From Octopus sinensis (Eukaryota): a stretch of 64,000 nucleotides of DNA. Of the stretch, positions 11,936 to 24,222 are shown in pieces. The stretch is taken from positions 49,848,001 through 49,912,000 of the forward strand of contig NC_043005.1 in assembly GCF_006345805.1 (NCBI RefSeq), read 5' to 3'. The position numbers and the translations under genes are program-made. Each line of letters starts with the position of its first letter. Positions within the stretch are counted from its first letter, which is position 1. The notes below the pieces were generated by a model, which saw only the letters and a list, made by a program, of their open reading frames with translations, searched no databases and was not told the origin of the DNA.

Positions 11936-12350
11936 TTAAGTATAAGTGGATAACGTGGGATGGAATAAAAAGCTTTACTGATGTCGATGGTGTGTGTGGG
12001 GTTCGTTTTGTTCTTGATACTGTCATATATTCTCTAAGTAAGGTTCTGTAAATGACAGTTTTTTGGGGGTTAACATGCAGTTTACAGTCATAAAAATGTG
12101 AAAGTAAATTGTCCTAAAAACAATGAATGTAAATTGCGATACATACAGAAATGACGACAGTAATATCATAGTACTCTGGAATGGTATATCTCAACTGCGA
12201 CTTCTGAAATACATAACATATCACTTGAAGGTACAAAAGATGTAGGTGCATGTGAACATGATATAATAAGGGAGTCATGTTCTTTTTATGCGCTTATATT
12301 GACTATTTCTGATGTCTAACTGGGGCTTGTATTGTTACGTTGTCTTATAA

Positions 12351-12775
12351 CGCGGCGTGCTAGCAGTGAGATTTCGTTCGTTTTTACGCTCTGAGTTCAA
12401 ATTCTGCCGAGGTCGACTTTGCCTTTCATCCTTTCGGTGTCGATAAAGTAAGTACCAGTTGAGTACTAGAGTCAATGTAATCGACTAGCTCCCTCCCAGC
12501 AAGTTTCAGACCTTGAGCCTATAGTAGAAAGGATTATTACGTTGTCTTATAATGAGGCGAGCCGGCAGAATCATTAGCATGCCGGACGAAATGCTTAGCA
12601 GCATTTCTTCCGGTTTTACCTCCTGAGTTCAAATTCCACCTCGGTCTACTTTGCCTTTCATTCTTTCGGAATCGATAAAATATGGATCAGTTAAGCAATG
12701 AGAGTCAATGTAATCGACTTAACCCCTTCCCTCAAGAACTGTAGGTCTTGTGTCAAAATTTGAAACCGATAGTAT
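12351..12775 (+). mobile_element. Head-to-tail pair of SINE A copies; the upstream one has a 16-bp TSD
   Basis: TTACGTTGTCTTATAA at 12335-12350 and 12537-12552. Confidence 0.85.
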
Positions 12776-13429
12776 GTTGCTTCACGGAATAAGTCAACGT
12801 ATTCTGAAAACATCTATGCAGTTGCGTAGTGTAGCTCGTACCATTGTGCTTATTTGAAATTTATATTGTCATCTTTTCATCGACGTGCAAGTGCATTTTG
12901 GTGGTGACAATTGGTTGGTGACCTACGGAAACTTGTGAAATTATTTGCCTGATGGTTGTGTTAGTAAGACGCACGGAAGAGAAGGTGACCATTTATTGTT
13001 AATTTGGTTGGGTATATTTGAGAGTACAGTGAACTCATACTAAACAATACTATTGTAAGGGAGGCAACTTTACTGTACACATGGGACATAACTGTGCATA
13101 GCTTATCTTGGCGTTCAAAGCCATTTTACTGCGTTTAGTATCGTATTTGTAATATTCTGTCTTCTATTTGTTTCTCTCATTGGACTGCGGCTGTACTGGG
13201 GCACCACCTTGAAAGGTTCAGACGAACAAACCTAATCCACCCTAGTACTTATTTCTTAAAGCCAGATATTTATTCTATCGATTTCTTTTTTCAGAACTGC
13301 TAGATTACGGCAGCATAAACAAATCAACACCAGTTGCCAAACGGTGGAGGGGCTTAACACAAACATAGAAACATACATATTTCGATATATATATATATGT
13401 TCTAATCCTTCAATCCCGTTGTCCCCTAC

Positions 13430-13830
13430 CCATCTCTCCCCCTTCCATGTGACCGGTGTCCGGCCAGCCTTGATCTTTTTTTCTTGGCCTTACTGTCGAC
13501 CGCCAACAACTCTTGTGTCCATCTGCCATGTTTCTGCCTTTAGGCTCTCATTTCATACACGCCAGCTCAATTTGATTCGTTCTCAGTCGAAAGACGCCTG
13601 TTGTTATTTCTTGTTGTTTGTATTTGTAATTGTGTACCATGTTCTCCGTTTTTTTTGTTTGCTTGTTTTTTTTTAAATCTTTATTGCAGTACACATTCGC
13701 TGGCTTTCTTACAAAGGGGTCTAATGCTCTTAGCTTAGACTTTTTTTGGGGCAACCAGATCGAACTATCTCAAGCGTAACTGCTCGAAATGGTCATGACT
13801 TCTAGGACTTGACTGATGAAAGAAAGCCAA
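13430..13830 (+). repeat. Family X-related repeat
   Basis: gtcgaaagacgcctgttgttat… and taatgctcttagcttag… shared with 4555-4890. Confidence 0.6.
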
Positions 13831-13958
13831 GAATGACTTTTTTTTGCCTGTCCTTCTAATTGTTGTTTCCTCTTATCTGCCTTTGTAACGTCTATCTGTC
13901 TGAACGTTTTAATGCCCTATATTGCGTTTTTGTTCCATACATACATACATACATACAT

Positions 13959-14035
<77 letters not shown>

Positions 14036-14103
14036 GTAGAAGGATGAAAAGGAACACATTAGTTGATATATATATATATATATATATGTATATGGAAAAA
14101 AAA

Positions 14104-14962
14104 TCAAGGTAGAAAATGCTAAAATAATTTTATAAAAAAAACTTCAGTACCGGTTTCAGTCATTGAGACTTCTTCAATTGTAAGCATGGAAAACAATTAA
14201 ATTTTGGAAAAATTAAAGGAAATGTTTTTTAAAAGAATATTTGCATAGTATTCAAATACAAGTGGCATTTTCCTTGTTTCTGCTTGTCTCTGTCTCTCTT
14301 GTTTACACTTGTGAGTTGGAGGTTGTTGTGAATTCTTGGCAGAGAAAAAGAAGGAGAAGGAGAAGAATGCAGGAGTGCTATGATAGTAGTAGGATGTTAA
14401 ATGCTCAAGTGCCCTGAAAGTGACTTGTTGTAGATAGTAGTAGTGATTGAATTCTTGAGATACCGTTTTGAATGTATTGTTTATAATATTTGTGTAGGTG
14501 TTATTCTAAACAGCAGCAGTAGTAAATTAAGGAAGGAGGTGGTGGAGAGGAAGAAGAAGAAGGAGAAAGGGAAGAAGAGAAAATGATAAGGGAATGTGGG
14601 ATTATAGCAGAGATTGGGACTGTTTTTAATAAATTCTTGGGTATCTCTTGAATGTATCATTTTTAATATTTGCATGTATGTTATTCTAAGGCCGTGGTGG
14701 ATATGTCGTTTGTTGTAGATGCATTCAAAAGGGGTCTGTATTTTGTAATAAAGAGAGTCTGCATCAATTTAATTGAGGGATCAGATTTCTTCAAACAGGG
14801 ACAACCTTGTATTTGAATACTATGCAAATATTCTTTTAAAAACTTTCATTTAATTTTTCCAAAATTTAATTGTTTTCCATGCTTACAATTGAAGAAGTCT
14901 TAATGACTGAAACTGGTACTGAAATGTTTTTTATAAAATTATTTTAGCATTTTCTACCTTGA
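14104..14962 (-). mobile_element. Penelope-like element remnant with about 158-bp inverted terminal segments
   Basis: 14104-14262 is the reverse complement of 14806-14962. The interior on - encodes …MQTLFITKYRPLLN…, resembling the GIY-YIG C-terminal E..hI….P.LN motif. Both arms carry a hammerhead-like TTGAAGA-AGTC…GACT-GAAAC(C/T)GGTA. Confidence 0.55.
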
Positions 14963-14971
14963 CATATTTCC

Positions 14972-15006
<35 letters not shown>

Positions 15007-15542
15007 CAGACAGAGAAGGCTGTGCCCCTGCACAAAGCAGTGCCCCATCCTGGCCACAGGTTAATGACTGAAACAAGTAAGAGAACACACACACACATAC
15101 ACACACACACACACACACACAATAAGCCTCCTATATCCTTCCACTAAATCAATCCACAAAGGCTTTGGTCAATCTGGGGTTGTAGTAGAAGACACTTGCC
15201 CAAGGTGTCACATGGTGAGACTGATCCCAAAAGCATGAAGCTTGGAACCGAACCTTCCAGCACATAGCCTAGCCATGCCTGCATCCAATGTTTGGAGCTG
15301 TTATAGCTTTTCTGTAAAATTCCAATAATTTCCTTTTTGTCACAATCCAAATTAAATTTTTCAAATAAAATAGCATTTGATGCAAATTACAATTCACATT
15401 TTATTACCAGAATTTCATTTTCATAAAAATTCTTTAAAAAATAACAAAAATCAAAACAATTTTTGCAAACATGAAAATGCCACAAGTAATGAGCAGAAAT
15501 TGACATTTGACCTAGCATTGAAAAATAGTTACTCTCTCTTTT

Positions 15543-15950
15543 ACTCTTTTATTTGTTTCAGTCATTTGACTGTGGCCATGCTGGAGCACCACCTTTAGTC
15601 GAGCAAGACTTATTCTTTGTAGGTCTAGTACTTATTTTATCGGTCTCTTTTGCCGAACCGCTAAGTTACGGGGACGTACACACACCAGCATCGGTTATCA
15701 AGCGATGTTGGGGAAACAAACACAGACACACAAACATATACACACACATACATACATCTATGTATATATATATATATACATATATATGACAGGCTTCTTT
15801 CAGTTTCCGTCTACCAAATCCACTCACAAGGCTTTGGTCGGCCCGAGGCTATAGTAGAAGACACTTGCCCAAGGTGCCACGCAGTGGGACTGAACCCGGA
15901 ACCATGTGGTTGGTATGCAAGCTACTTACCACACAGCCATTCCTACGCCT
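15543..15950 (-). mobile_element. SINE family B (CORE-like), full length
   Basis: Reverse complement of 19848-20238. Confidence 0.9.
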
Positions 15951-16357
15951 AAAATAAAATTATTAATAATAATAAAATTATTAATAATAAAAAACAAAAA
16001 AATTCAATAAAAGTTTTTACATATTTATTGTATTTCGATTGCATTGTCATTGAATAAGTTTGTTGAGCTATCTGCATTCTTCTTCCCTTTATAACTTCTC
16101 TTCAGTCAAAGAAAACATCTCAATCTTTTCAATTCAAATATCAAATTGAGAATAAATAAACTATTGAATAAAGTATCTGGAAACTGAACAAAATATTTTA
16201 TCAAAATCCCGATATCTTATATTTCTTATAGATTTGTACTAAATGCTGGTTAAACATATTTTTGGCAATTGTCACATGTGCAATATTGGTACCTGTTTTA
16301 TGATTAACTGACTATATCAGAATACATCTATTTTTTATTTATGTATGTATACATAAG

Positions 16358-16690
16358 TACAGGCATGGCTGTGTGGTAAGAAGCTTGCTTCCCAACCACA
16401 TGGGTCTGGGTTCAGTCCCACTGCGTGACACCTTGGGCAAGTGTCTTCTTCTATAGCCTCGGGGCGACCAAAGCCTTGTGAGTGGATTTGGTAGATGGAA
16501 ACTGAAAGAAGCCTGTTAAAAATATGTATATATATGTGTGTGTGTGTTTGTGTTTTTCTTTCCATCACCACTTGACAACCAGTGTTGGTGTGTTTACTTC
16601 CCTGTAACTTAGCAGTTCAGCAAAACAGATTGATAGAATAAGTACTAGGCTTAAGAAAATAAGTCCTGGGGTCAACTTGTTTAACTAAAG
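16358..16690 (+). mobile_element. SINE family B
   Basis: ggcatggctgtgtggtaagaagcttgcttcccaaccac…ccttgggcaagtgtcttc…. Confidence 0.85.
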
Positions 16691-16861
16691 GGTTAAAATA
16701 ATTTAATTTCAGAGTAAAATATTAATATTGAACAAAACGAAAATATTTCAAGAGCTGAAAATGCCTTTATAAAATAAACTAAGCGAAAATGTGGTCAACA
16801 GCAACACAAACACACAAGTCCTCTTTGCTAAAGAAAAAAGATTTCTTGCTATTTTGTGTAG

Positions 16862-16941
16862 AAAAAACATCATTGTCAGGGTACTAAACAACACAGAATA
16901 TTTGAATATGAATGTTTTCCAAGAGAAAAGGAGCAATGTGG
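16862..16941 (+). CDS. Candidate host exon (80 nt), product unknown
   Basis: Acceptor atttcttgctattttgtgtag| and donor GTGG|gtaaga. Open frame KNIIVRVLNNTEYLNMNVFQEKRSNV joins in phase to the next candidate exon. Confidence 0.35.
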
Positions 16942-17096
16942 GTAAGATATGTTTTGAAGCTTCACAGAACAGTGTTTCTTCCCCTGCCTTCTCTCTCTCT
17001 CTCTCTCTGCGCCTTATCATGTATGAGTGGATTCCAAACTTATTGACGGTACCTGTATGTGTGTAAGTTGGAATAAAATACCATTTCATGTTGCAG

Positions 17097-17130
17097 AAAA
17101 CTCCTTCAAGGAGGAACTTGATAAAACTAT
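17097..17130 (+). CDS. Candidate host micro-exon (34 nt), product unknown
   Basis: Acceptor ccatttcatgttgcag| and donor TAT|gtaagt. Reads (E)NSFKEELDKT in phase with the previous candidate. Confidence 0.4.
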
Positions 17131-17145
17131 GTAAGTTAGTAGTGA

Positions 17146-17184
<39 letters not shown>

Positions 17185-17191
<7 letters not shown>

Positions 17192-17372
17192 TAATGGTTT
17201 CAAATTTTGGCACAAGTTCAGGACATTCGGGGGATGGAGTAAGTTGATTACATTAACCCCAGTCCTCAACTGGTACCTCTCAGCGGCATTTGAACTCAAA
17301 ATGTAAGGACAGATGAAATGCCACTAAGCATTTTGCCCAGCATGCTAATGATTCTGCCAGCTTGCTGCCATC

Positions 17373-17411
<39 letters not shown>

Positions 17412-17900
17412 CCTTTCTGCTAAAGGCTCAAGGCCTGAAATTTTGTGGGAAGGAGACTAGTTGATTACATCAACCCCAGTGTTTCACAGGTACTTAATTT
17501 ATTGACCCTGAAAGAATGAAAGGCAAAGTCACCCTTAGCAGAATTTGAACTCAGAACATAAAGACAGATGAAATGTCACTAAGCATTTTGTCCAGTGTGC
17601 CAACGGTTCTGCCAACTTACCACCGCATCAATAATAATAAGGATAATAATAATATTTTCTACGATAAGTAGAAGGCCTGAAATTTTGGGAGAGGAGACTA
17701 GTTGCTATCATCGATCCCAGTGCTTCACTGATACTTTATTTTTATTTACCCTGAAAGAATGAAGGGCAAAGTCGACCTTGGCATCAGAATGCAAAACTGG
17801 AAGGAATGTGCCCAACATTTTGTCTAGCATGCTAATGATTCTGTCAACTTGCTGCCTTAATAATCACTTCAAATTTTCGCACAAGGGCAGCAATTTTTGG
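17185..17900 (-). mobile_element. Head-to-tail array of at least three SINE A copies separated by (AAT)n
   Basis: Units at about 17185-17368, 17410-17625 and 17655-17857; CATCAATAATAATAA at 17369-17383 and 17626-17640. Confidence 0.85.
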
Positions 17901-19494
17901 GGGACAAAGTAAGTCTTTCGAATTGAGCTGGTCAAGGATATATTTCATTGCCTGCATGAATAATAAGTGAAACAAACACGTGAACATGTTTATTACTGGA
18001 CATAAAGACATTGGGTGTCAGTAATTTACAATGAACAATATTAATAATTGCCAGATGAGATGAGATAGAGAGAAAATCTGTGCCATGCTCATAGAAGTTA
18101 CTTATGATTCATTTGTGTGAGTGTTCAGAATGGGTCTGTCCAAGAACCTGGAGTTGTCTCCCCAAATGTCCAGAACCATTTGAATGGCAAGAGTGAAGGT
18201 GTGTGAGATAGTCAGACGCTTTCAACAATTTGCAACTAATTGAGTGTTAAAAATGGTTTTTATAGTGGGCAAGAGGTTTTATTCTAGAACAATCAAGAAA
18301 ACCATATCATGCCACATTCCCATGCTGATTGGTTGATTTAAAGATCAATTACATGAAACTACGGTGGTTCACTTGTGATGTTTGTTCGAGTATCTAGTGG
18401 CTAGATTTCAAATCACCACTACAGCTTCAATGGCTAATCAGTTATGAATAAAAAAAAAAAAATTGGTAAGTATGCTTCCATATAATCCCTTTCTTTCAAA
18501 ACACACCCTACTGTCTTAAAAAGGGTTCATCACATTGGATAACAAAACTGTCGATATAATTCATCTGAAATTTTCTCCGAGATAGAGATTGCCACAACTG
18601 GAGTGCTGTTCATCATAAGTCTGCTCAATCTGGAGCTAACGGTATGGTCATGAATTGGATACCTTTGATCATAAGTCTGCTAGACCAGAATAGGGCTGGG
18701 ACTAAACAGCAACAATGATCATTAAGGTTATGTTATGATGTCTTCGTGCTTTGTTTCATTTATTTTCTTCCAGTCTAACTACATTTATAATCACTTTCAT
18801 GTTCTCCCTCTCTAATTTTTCTCTTGAAAAACAATTATTGTTATTTGCTGAAGTCAACTTTACCTTTTGTCCCTCCGAGGCCAATATCAGTGAGATACTA
18901 GAGTCGATGATATCAACTAACTCTCTCTCTTCAAATTTGCAGACCTTGTGCTTAAATCGGAAACCATTATTTTTTTACTTTTTTATGCCCAGAATGAGCA
19001 ATAATTTGTTTCATTGAAATACAGGTATTTATTATTCTGGACAGAATTAAGTAAAATAAAGTGAAACAATATTGAAATAATAGAAACAATTAACTGATCA
19101 AAATGCATATTCATTTTTAACTGTTTTTATTTCTTTACACATTATATACAACATAATTTTGATGATTAAATAATGTCTATGCATACAATATCTTTAGTGA
19201 ATTTAACATTTTCATAATTGGGATGCCTGTCAGATCCCCTTGGTATAGTGAATTGACTTTGACCAGTAAAAATCTTTATGTCTATGGATCCGCAACTCTA
19301 CTCAGAGCACAACACAACTGACCATATGGGAACACATTAGTAGAGTGAAAGATTAAGGTAGAAACAGTGATACATAGATAGGTTGGTAGGTAGATAAATA
19401 GATAGATAGATAGATAGATAGGAAGATAGATGAATAGATGGATAGGTACATAAATAGATAGATGAACTGTTAACCCCTACACATTTTTTTCCGT

Positions 19495-19650
19495 TTTATT
19501 TGTTATCTCTCCATTTTTTCCCTCTCAATACTTTCTGTAGGCTTGAAACATCAAAGACTTTTCCATTCTTCTCGAGCGTCAAACTAATACACCTGCTTGT
19601 TGTTCTCTCACCTGTCTTTGTCTTTTTTTTTCTGTAAATTTGAACTAGAT
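19495..19650 (+). mobile_element. Family Y repeat, diverged
   Basis: gcttgaaacatcaaagactttt…cgagcgtcaaactaatacacctg. Confidence 0.6.
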
Positions 19651-19847
19651 AGATAGATAGCTGGCATTTCGTATTGTGTAAAAAGTAACTTATTAAAAAT
19701 TGAACGAATTCATTCGTAAGCTTTGAGAGAAATTGAAAGAATGTAGTCTCATTTTCTTTCCATTTCTTATTAACTTAACTTTTTTGAATGAAATAGAAAC
19801 TTGATACCTTTAAAGATCATATTGAGAAATATATGTGTACATATATA

Positions 19848-20238
19848 GGCGCAGGAGTGGCTGTGTGGTAAGTAGCTTTCTTACCAGCCACATGGTTCCG
19901 GGTTCAGTCCCACTGTGTGGCACCTTGGGCAAGTGTCTTCTACTATAGCCCCGGGCCGACCAATGCCTTGTGAGTGGATTTGATAGACGGAAACTGAAAG
20001 AAGCCTGTCGTATATATGTATATATATATGTATGTGTGTGTCTGCGTTTGTCCCCCTAGCATTGCTTGACAACCGATGCTGGTGTGTTTACATCCCCGTC
20101 ACTTAGCGGTTCGGAAAAAGAGACCAATAGAATAAGTACTGGGCTTACAAAGAATAAGTCCCGGGGTCGATTTGCTCGACTAAAGGCGGTGCTCCAGCAT
20201 GGCTGCAGTCAAATGACTGAAACAAGTAAAAGAGTAAA
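19848..20238 (+). mobile_element. SINE family B, full length (tRNA-like head, CORE-like ccttgggcaagtg block)
   Basis: GGCGCAGGAGTGGCTGTGTGGTAAG…GGTTCAGTCCC head, ccttgggcaagtgtcttctactatagcc core, tail …gcagtcaaatgactgaaacaagtaaaagag. Resembles the described octopus OR-type SINEs, from memory. Confidence 0.9.
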
Positions 20239-20349
20239 AGAGTATATACATAGAGCAAAAAGCTAGGGAGAGGTGGAATGGCAAACCAAACCAGAAGTTA
20301 TGTTGCAGATAGACAGATTTGGCAAAAATTATTTGAGCAATTATTATTA

Positions 20350-20550
20350 AGGTGGCGAGCTGGCAGAATCATTAGTATGCTGGGCAAATTGCTTAGTGGT
20401 ATATCACCTGTCTATATGTTCCGAGTTCAAATTCTGCCAAGGTCGACTGTACCTCTTTCCTCTTTAAGGGTCGATAAAATAAGTACTAGATGAGTATTGG
20501 AGTCAATGTAATCGATTTGTGCCTATAGTAGAAGGGATTATTGTTATTAG
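20350..20550 (+). mobile_element. SINE family A
   Basis: aaggtggcgagctggcagaatcattag…gagttcaaattctgcc. Confidence 0.8.
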
Positions 20551-22194
20551 TTGTTTTGAAACTCTGTTTAATTTGGTTGCAAACAAAACAGGATTTTGAT
20601 GGAAACAGAACGTGAAATTTTGATGCAAAACAAAAAAAAAAAATGAAAAGAAAGAAAAGAAAACGAGCAGCAACAAAAACAAGAACAAAAAAGAATAACA
20701 AGAAAATATAAAAGAAGGAAGCAACAACAAAATTGAAAGAAAGAAAGAAATTTAGGAAAAAAATATCAAAAATATATATATATTTTTTTAATGGAAGACA
20801 AAGCTTTTCTTTTTAATTTCTTTTGAAATACATTTCACAGATCAAGGAATTTCCTTTAAAAGGTAAGTTTGGAAACTATTTACATAAAAAAAGAAAGCAA
20901 TTATGATAAATAAGTTCCGGGCTTGAAAGTCATTCTTAAGACATTACAGCTGGTCAACGTTCATTCTTCAATAAAATTAGGAAAAATAAAAAATTAAATA
21001 AAATAAAATAAATTAAAACAAATAAAAAAAAAAACGTGTTTACCTTTTCCTCATACCACTTGGGATTGTTGCTTTTATAAACCAGTGAAGCAGGACTAAT
21101 ATGGTTGCTTATACTTTTTCCCCGGCATCTACATAAATCTATAAAGAAATAAGTCAACAACAACAACAACAACTGCAATAGCAACATCAATATCAACAAC
21201 AATTGCAATAGCGGCAACGGCACCAACATGGCAATCTCACTGTTGTTTGAGAAGAATAGGAATGACTAAAATTAGATTTCTTCCATGGCTCTAAAGAATT
21301 TTTCCTCTTGAAACAATAGCAGACAAAAATAAAAAAAAAAGCAATATGTTTTTATGTGTGTGTGTATGTGTTTGTGTGAGAGAGAGAGAATGAAAGAGGG
21401 AGAGAAAATATAAAAATAAAATATATAATGAAGTGAGCCTAAATTGAAAAAAAAAATGATAATTTGTTGTCGTTGCATAGAAATCCCAAATTGAGAAACT
21501 AAAAAAAATTCTTCAAGAATCCAAGCTGGATGTAGGAGTTCAGTATAATTTAATAAGATGATAGTGAATTAGCTGCAAAATATGTTTCCTCACAAATTAA
21601 CATTAGTTTATTTTTTTTCCCCCTTTAGTCCCAGATCCTGCTTTTCATTCTCTGTCAGCATCTATATTTGACAATGAAAGAAGCTTCTATGTGGTTGCTC
21701 CACTTGTTAGAAATAGCAACCAAATCTCTCTCAAATCATGCTCTACCTTGCTACCATGAGAAAGGAAAAGGCACATTGAAGTGTGTACCTCTAGGCATAT
21801 TTCTATAGAAGACGGTTTGGTCATGACTTGAATGCCTTTCATGATAGGTCTTCTCAACTAGAGATTACTTGTGGCTAAACAACCTTTATCATCATGAATC
21901 AAACAGGGTGCATCAATGTGGGTGTTTGACTTACTAGAAATAACAAACAAATTTCCCCTAAAGCACATTACTGTTTTTGTAAAAAGAGAACGATACTTTT
22001 AGATCAATATAATCCTAAATATGCTACAAAAATTTCAAAACATGCTCTTAAAAAGAAAATTGACAATGAACAAAATAACATAGATCGTGTGCAGAGAGAG
22101 AGAAAGAGAGAGAGAGAGAGGAAGGAAGAGAGAGAGAGAAAGAGAGGGTGGGGGAATAGTAATTCAATTTCAGAGCAAAATATTAATGCTGAAC

Positions 22195-22645
22195 AGGTGT
22201 GGCTGTGTTGTAAGAAGCTTGCTTCCCAAGCACATAGTTCTGGGTTCAGTCTCACTGCGTTGTACCTTGGACAAATGTCTTCTACTATAAGTCTAGGGCT
22301 GACCAAAGCCTTGTGAGTGGAATTGGTTGATAGAAACTGAAAGAAACCTGTCGTATATATATCATCATCATCATCGTTTAACGTCTGTTTTCCATGCTAG
22401 CATGGGCTGGACAGTTTGACCGGGGTCTGGGAAATGTTTGTGTGTCTGTGTTTGTCCCCCAACATTGCTTGACAACTGATGTTGGTGTGTTTACATCTCC
22501 ATAACTTAGTGGTTTGGCAAAAGAGATCGATAGAATAAGTACAATGCTTACAAAGAATAAATCCTGGAGTTGATTTGCTCGACTAAAGGCGGTGCTCCAG
22601 CATGGCTGCAGTCAAATGACTGAAACAAGTAAAAGAATAAAAGAA
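22195..22645 (+). mobile_element. SINE family B interrupted by an RTE-tail-like fragment at about 22362-22432
   Basis: B head, core and tail, plus (cat)n-cgtttaacgtctgttttccatgctagcatggg, also seen at about 44860-44900. Confidence 0.75.
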
Positions 22646-23426
22646 TGAATAAAAAGAAAATATTTTTGCAGATAAAAATGTCAGTTTGAAAACCTCGAGT
22701 GGAAGTTGTAGGTGCAATGCGTCTGGAAAAAGACGTGGGAATGGTCACTGTTGGAACGTCTTTTATAAGTCCATTCGACCAGGACTGACCTAAAGCCAAA
22801 CAACATTAGTGGTTTTACCTTGTTCTTTAACCTCAATTATGGTTGCACTGCGATGGTAAGCAATACCAGGCAGTCAAACAGAGCACTAGTTGAGTATTGT
22901 GAATTGTTATGGGTTAATAGCTAAGTCATTAAAATTAAGAGGGAAATGATTAAAGTCATCAGAGTGAAAAGCATAATGCCCCACCTTATTGATTTTGATT
23001 CTGAGTTTGAGTGCTGCCCTGGTCAGTTTTGCCTTCCATCTTTTTGAGGGAAGCTAGATACTGTATTAGCTGCGACAGAAATACAAATATTTCCATCCTC
23101 ACAAATCGGTAGCAGCATCTAAGCTTAATCACCCGTCGGGGCCCTGAGTTTTGCTCAAGATCTCACTTCAGCATTTACATTTATAGCCAGCAAAATGACT
23201 TCTATATAGCTGCTCCACCTGTAAGAAATAGCAGCCAAATCTTCCTTAAATAAAATACTATCTTGCAATCCATGGAAGGAAAAGGACACATTGGGTAATG
23301 TGACTCTGGACAGATTTTTAATAAGAGGGGATGGTCATAGCTGGTATGCCTCTCATCGTTGGTTCTGCTCAACTGGATTAGCGGAATTGTCAGAACATCA
23401 GACGAGATGTGCTACAGTATCTGTCT

Positions 23427-23838
23427 CAGGTGTCACTTTATCGTGCGATCTACCTCGCCATTTATATTTTAAAGTGCAGTCTAACCCTAACTCTAAACCA
23501 GTGGTTCTCAATCATTTTTTTTTCTGCCTATGGACATCTTTGATTTCTATTTTAAATGGATGGAACCTCATAGCCATTCAATGTTTTAAAAAAATCCTAT
23601 TGTATTTTTATAATGAAATATTATTATGAATTGTATAAAAAAGGTGTTAAAATATTTTTAACCAATTCATTGCACATAAGCTTTAACAACGAAATCTTAT
23701 ATGGAACCCTAAAGGTCATGTAGACTCCGGTTGAAAACCATTGTCCTGAACCCCAACCCTAACCCTAACCCAGATCAGGTAATTTCTCAGCATAGACTAT
23801 GGATACTGTAGCAGACTGCATGCTAAAGTGACACCCTG
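23427..23838. mobile_element. MITE-like element with GGTGTCACTTTA termini and a central (TAACCC)n tract
   Basis: ggtgtcactttatcgtgcgatcta (23429) versus gcagactgcatgctaaagtgacacc (ends 23835). Confidence 0.5.
23499..23743. mobile_element. hAT-type MITE nested in the TAACCC tract
   Basis: TIRs CAGTGGTTCTCAA … TTGAAAACCATTG; degenerate 8-bp flanks ctctaaac / tcctgaac. Confidence 0.7.
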
Positions 23839-24222
23839 TTCCTACACTTTTCATGATGAATATCTCCTCTTCTTATTGCTGGCCACTTTTTTGTGGTAAA
23901 CAAGGCATTCGGTATCCAGCTAATGGTGATAGGCCTTGATATCAGATAGAAAGCAGCTCGTCAATTAAAGCAGTATCCTGGCTGACTCTATGTATCCTGT
24001 ACAAAACAAGGTGAAAGTGAATGCTAAATAGAACAGAAAATGTTGGAGGATGTAGGATAGCACATAAGACATATAATACTATATCTCTTAAGATAGGAGA
24101 TATAGCCTAATTCTTGCACCAGAATGGAAGCTGCTAGAGCAGTCATCAGCAACCTGCATCCTGCAGGACTTTCTGAATGGTACATCTGACGAAAAATTAC
24201 CTTCACTTGTTATAGTAGTGCA

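Noticed and set aside
16748-17299. 183-aa minus-strand ORF as a gene
   Set aside because: It runs through a SINE tail and (TTA)n and (GA)n tracts; the splice signals here favour the + strand.
17140-17900. CRISPR-like or satellite array
   Set aside because: The repeated units are about 200-bp diverged SINEs separated by (AAT)n; the DNA is eukaryotic, with no short repeat-spacer pattern.
18129-18198. Third + strand exon candidate (gtgttcag|AATGGG…GAAG|gtgtgt)
   Set aside because: Weak donor, and the frame compatible with the 17097-17130 exon hits a stop; too speculative.
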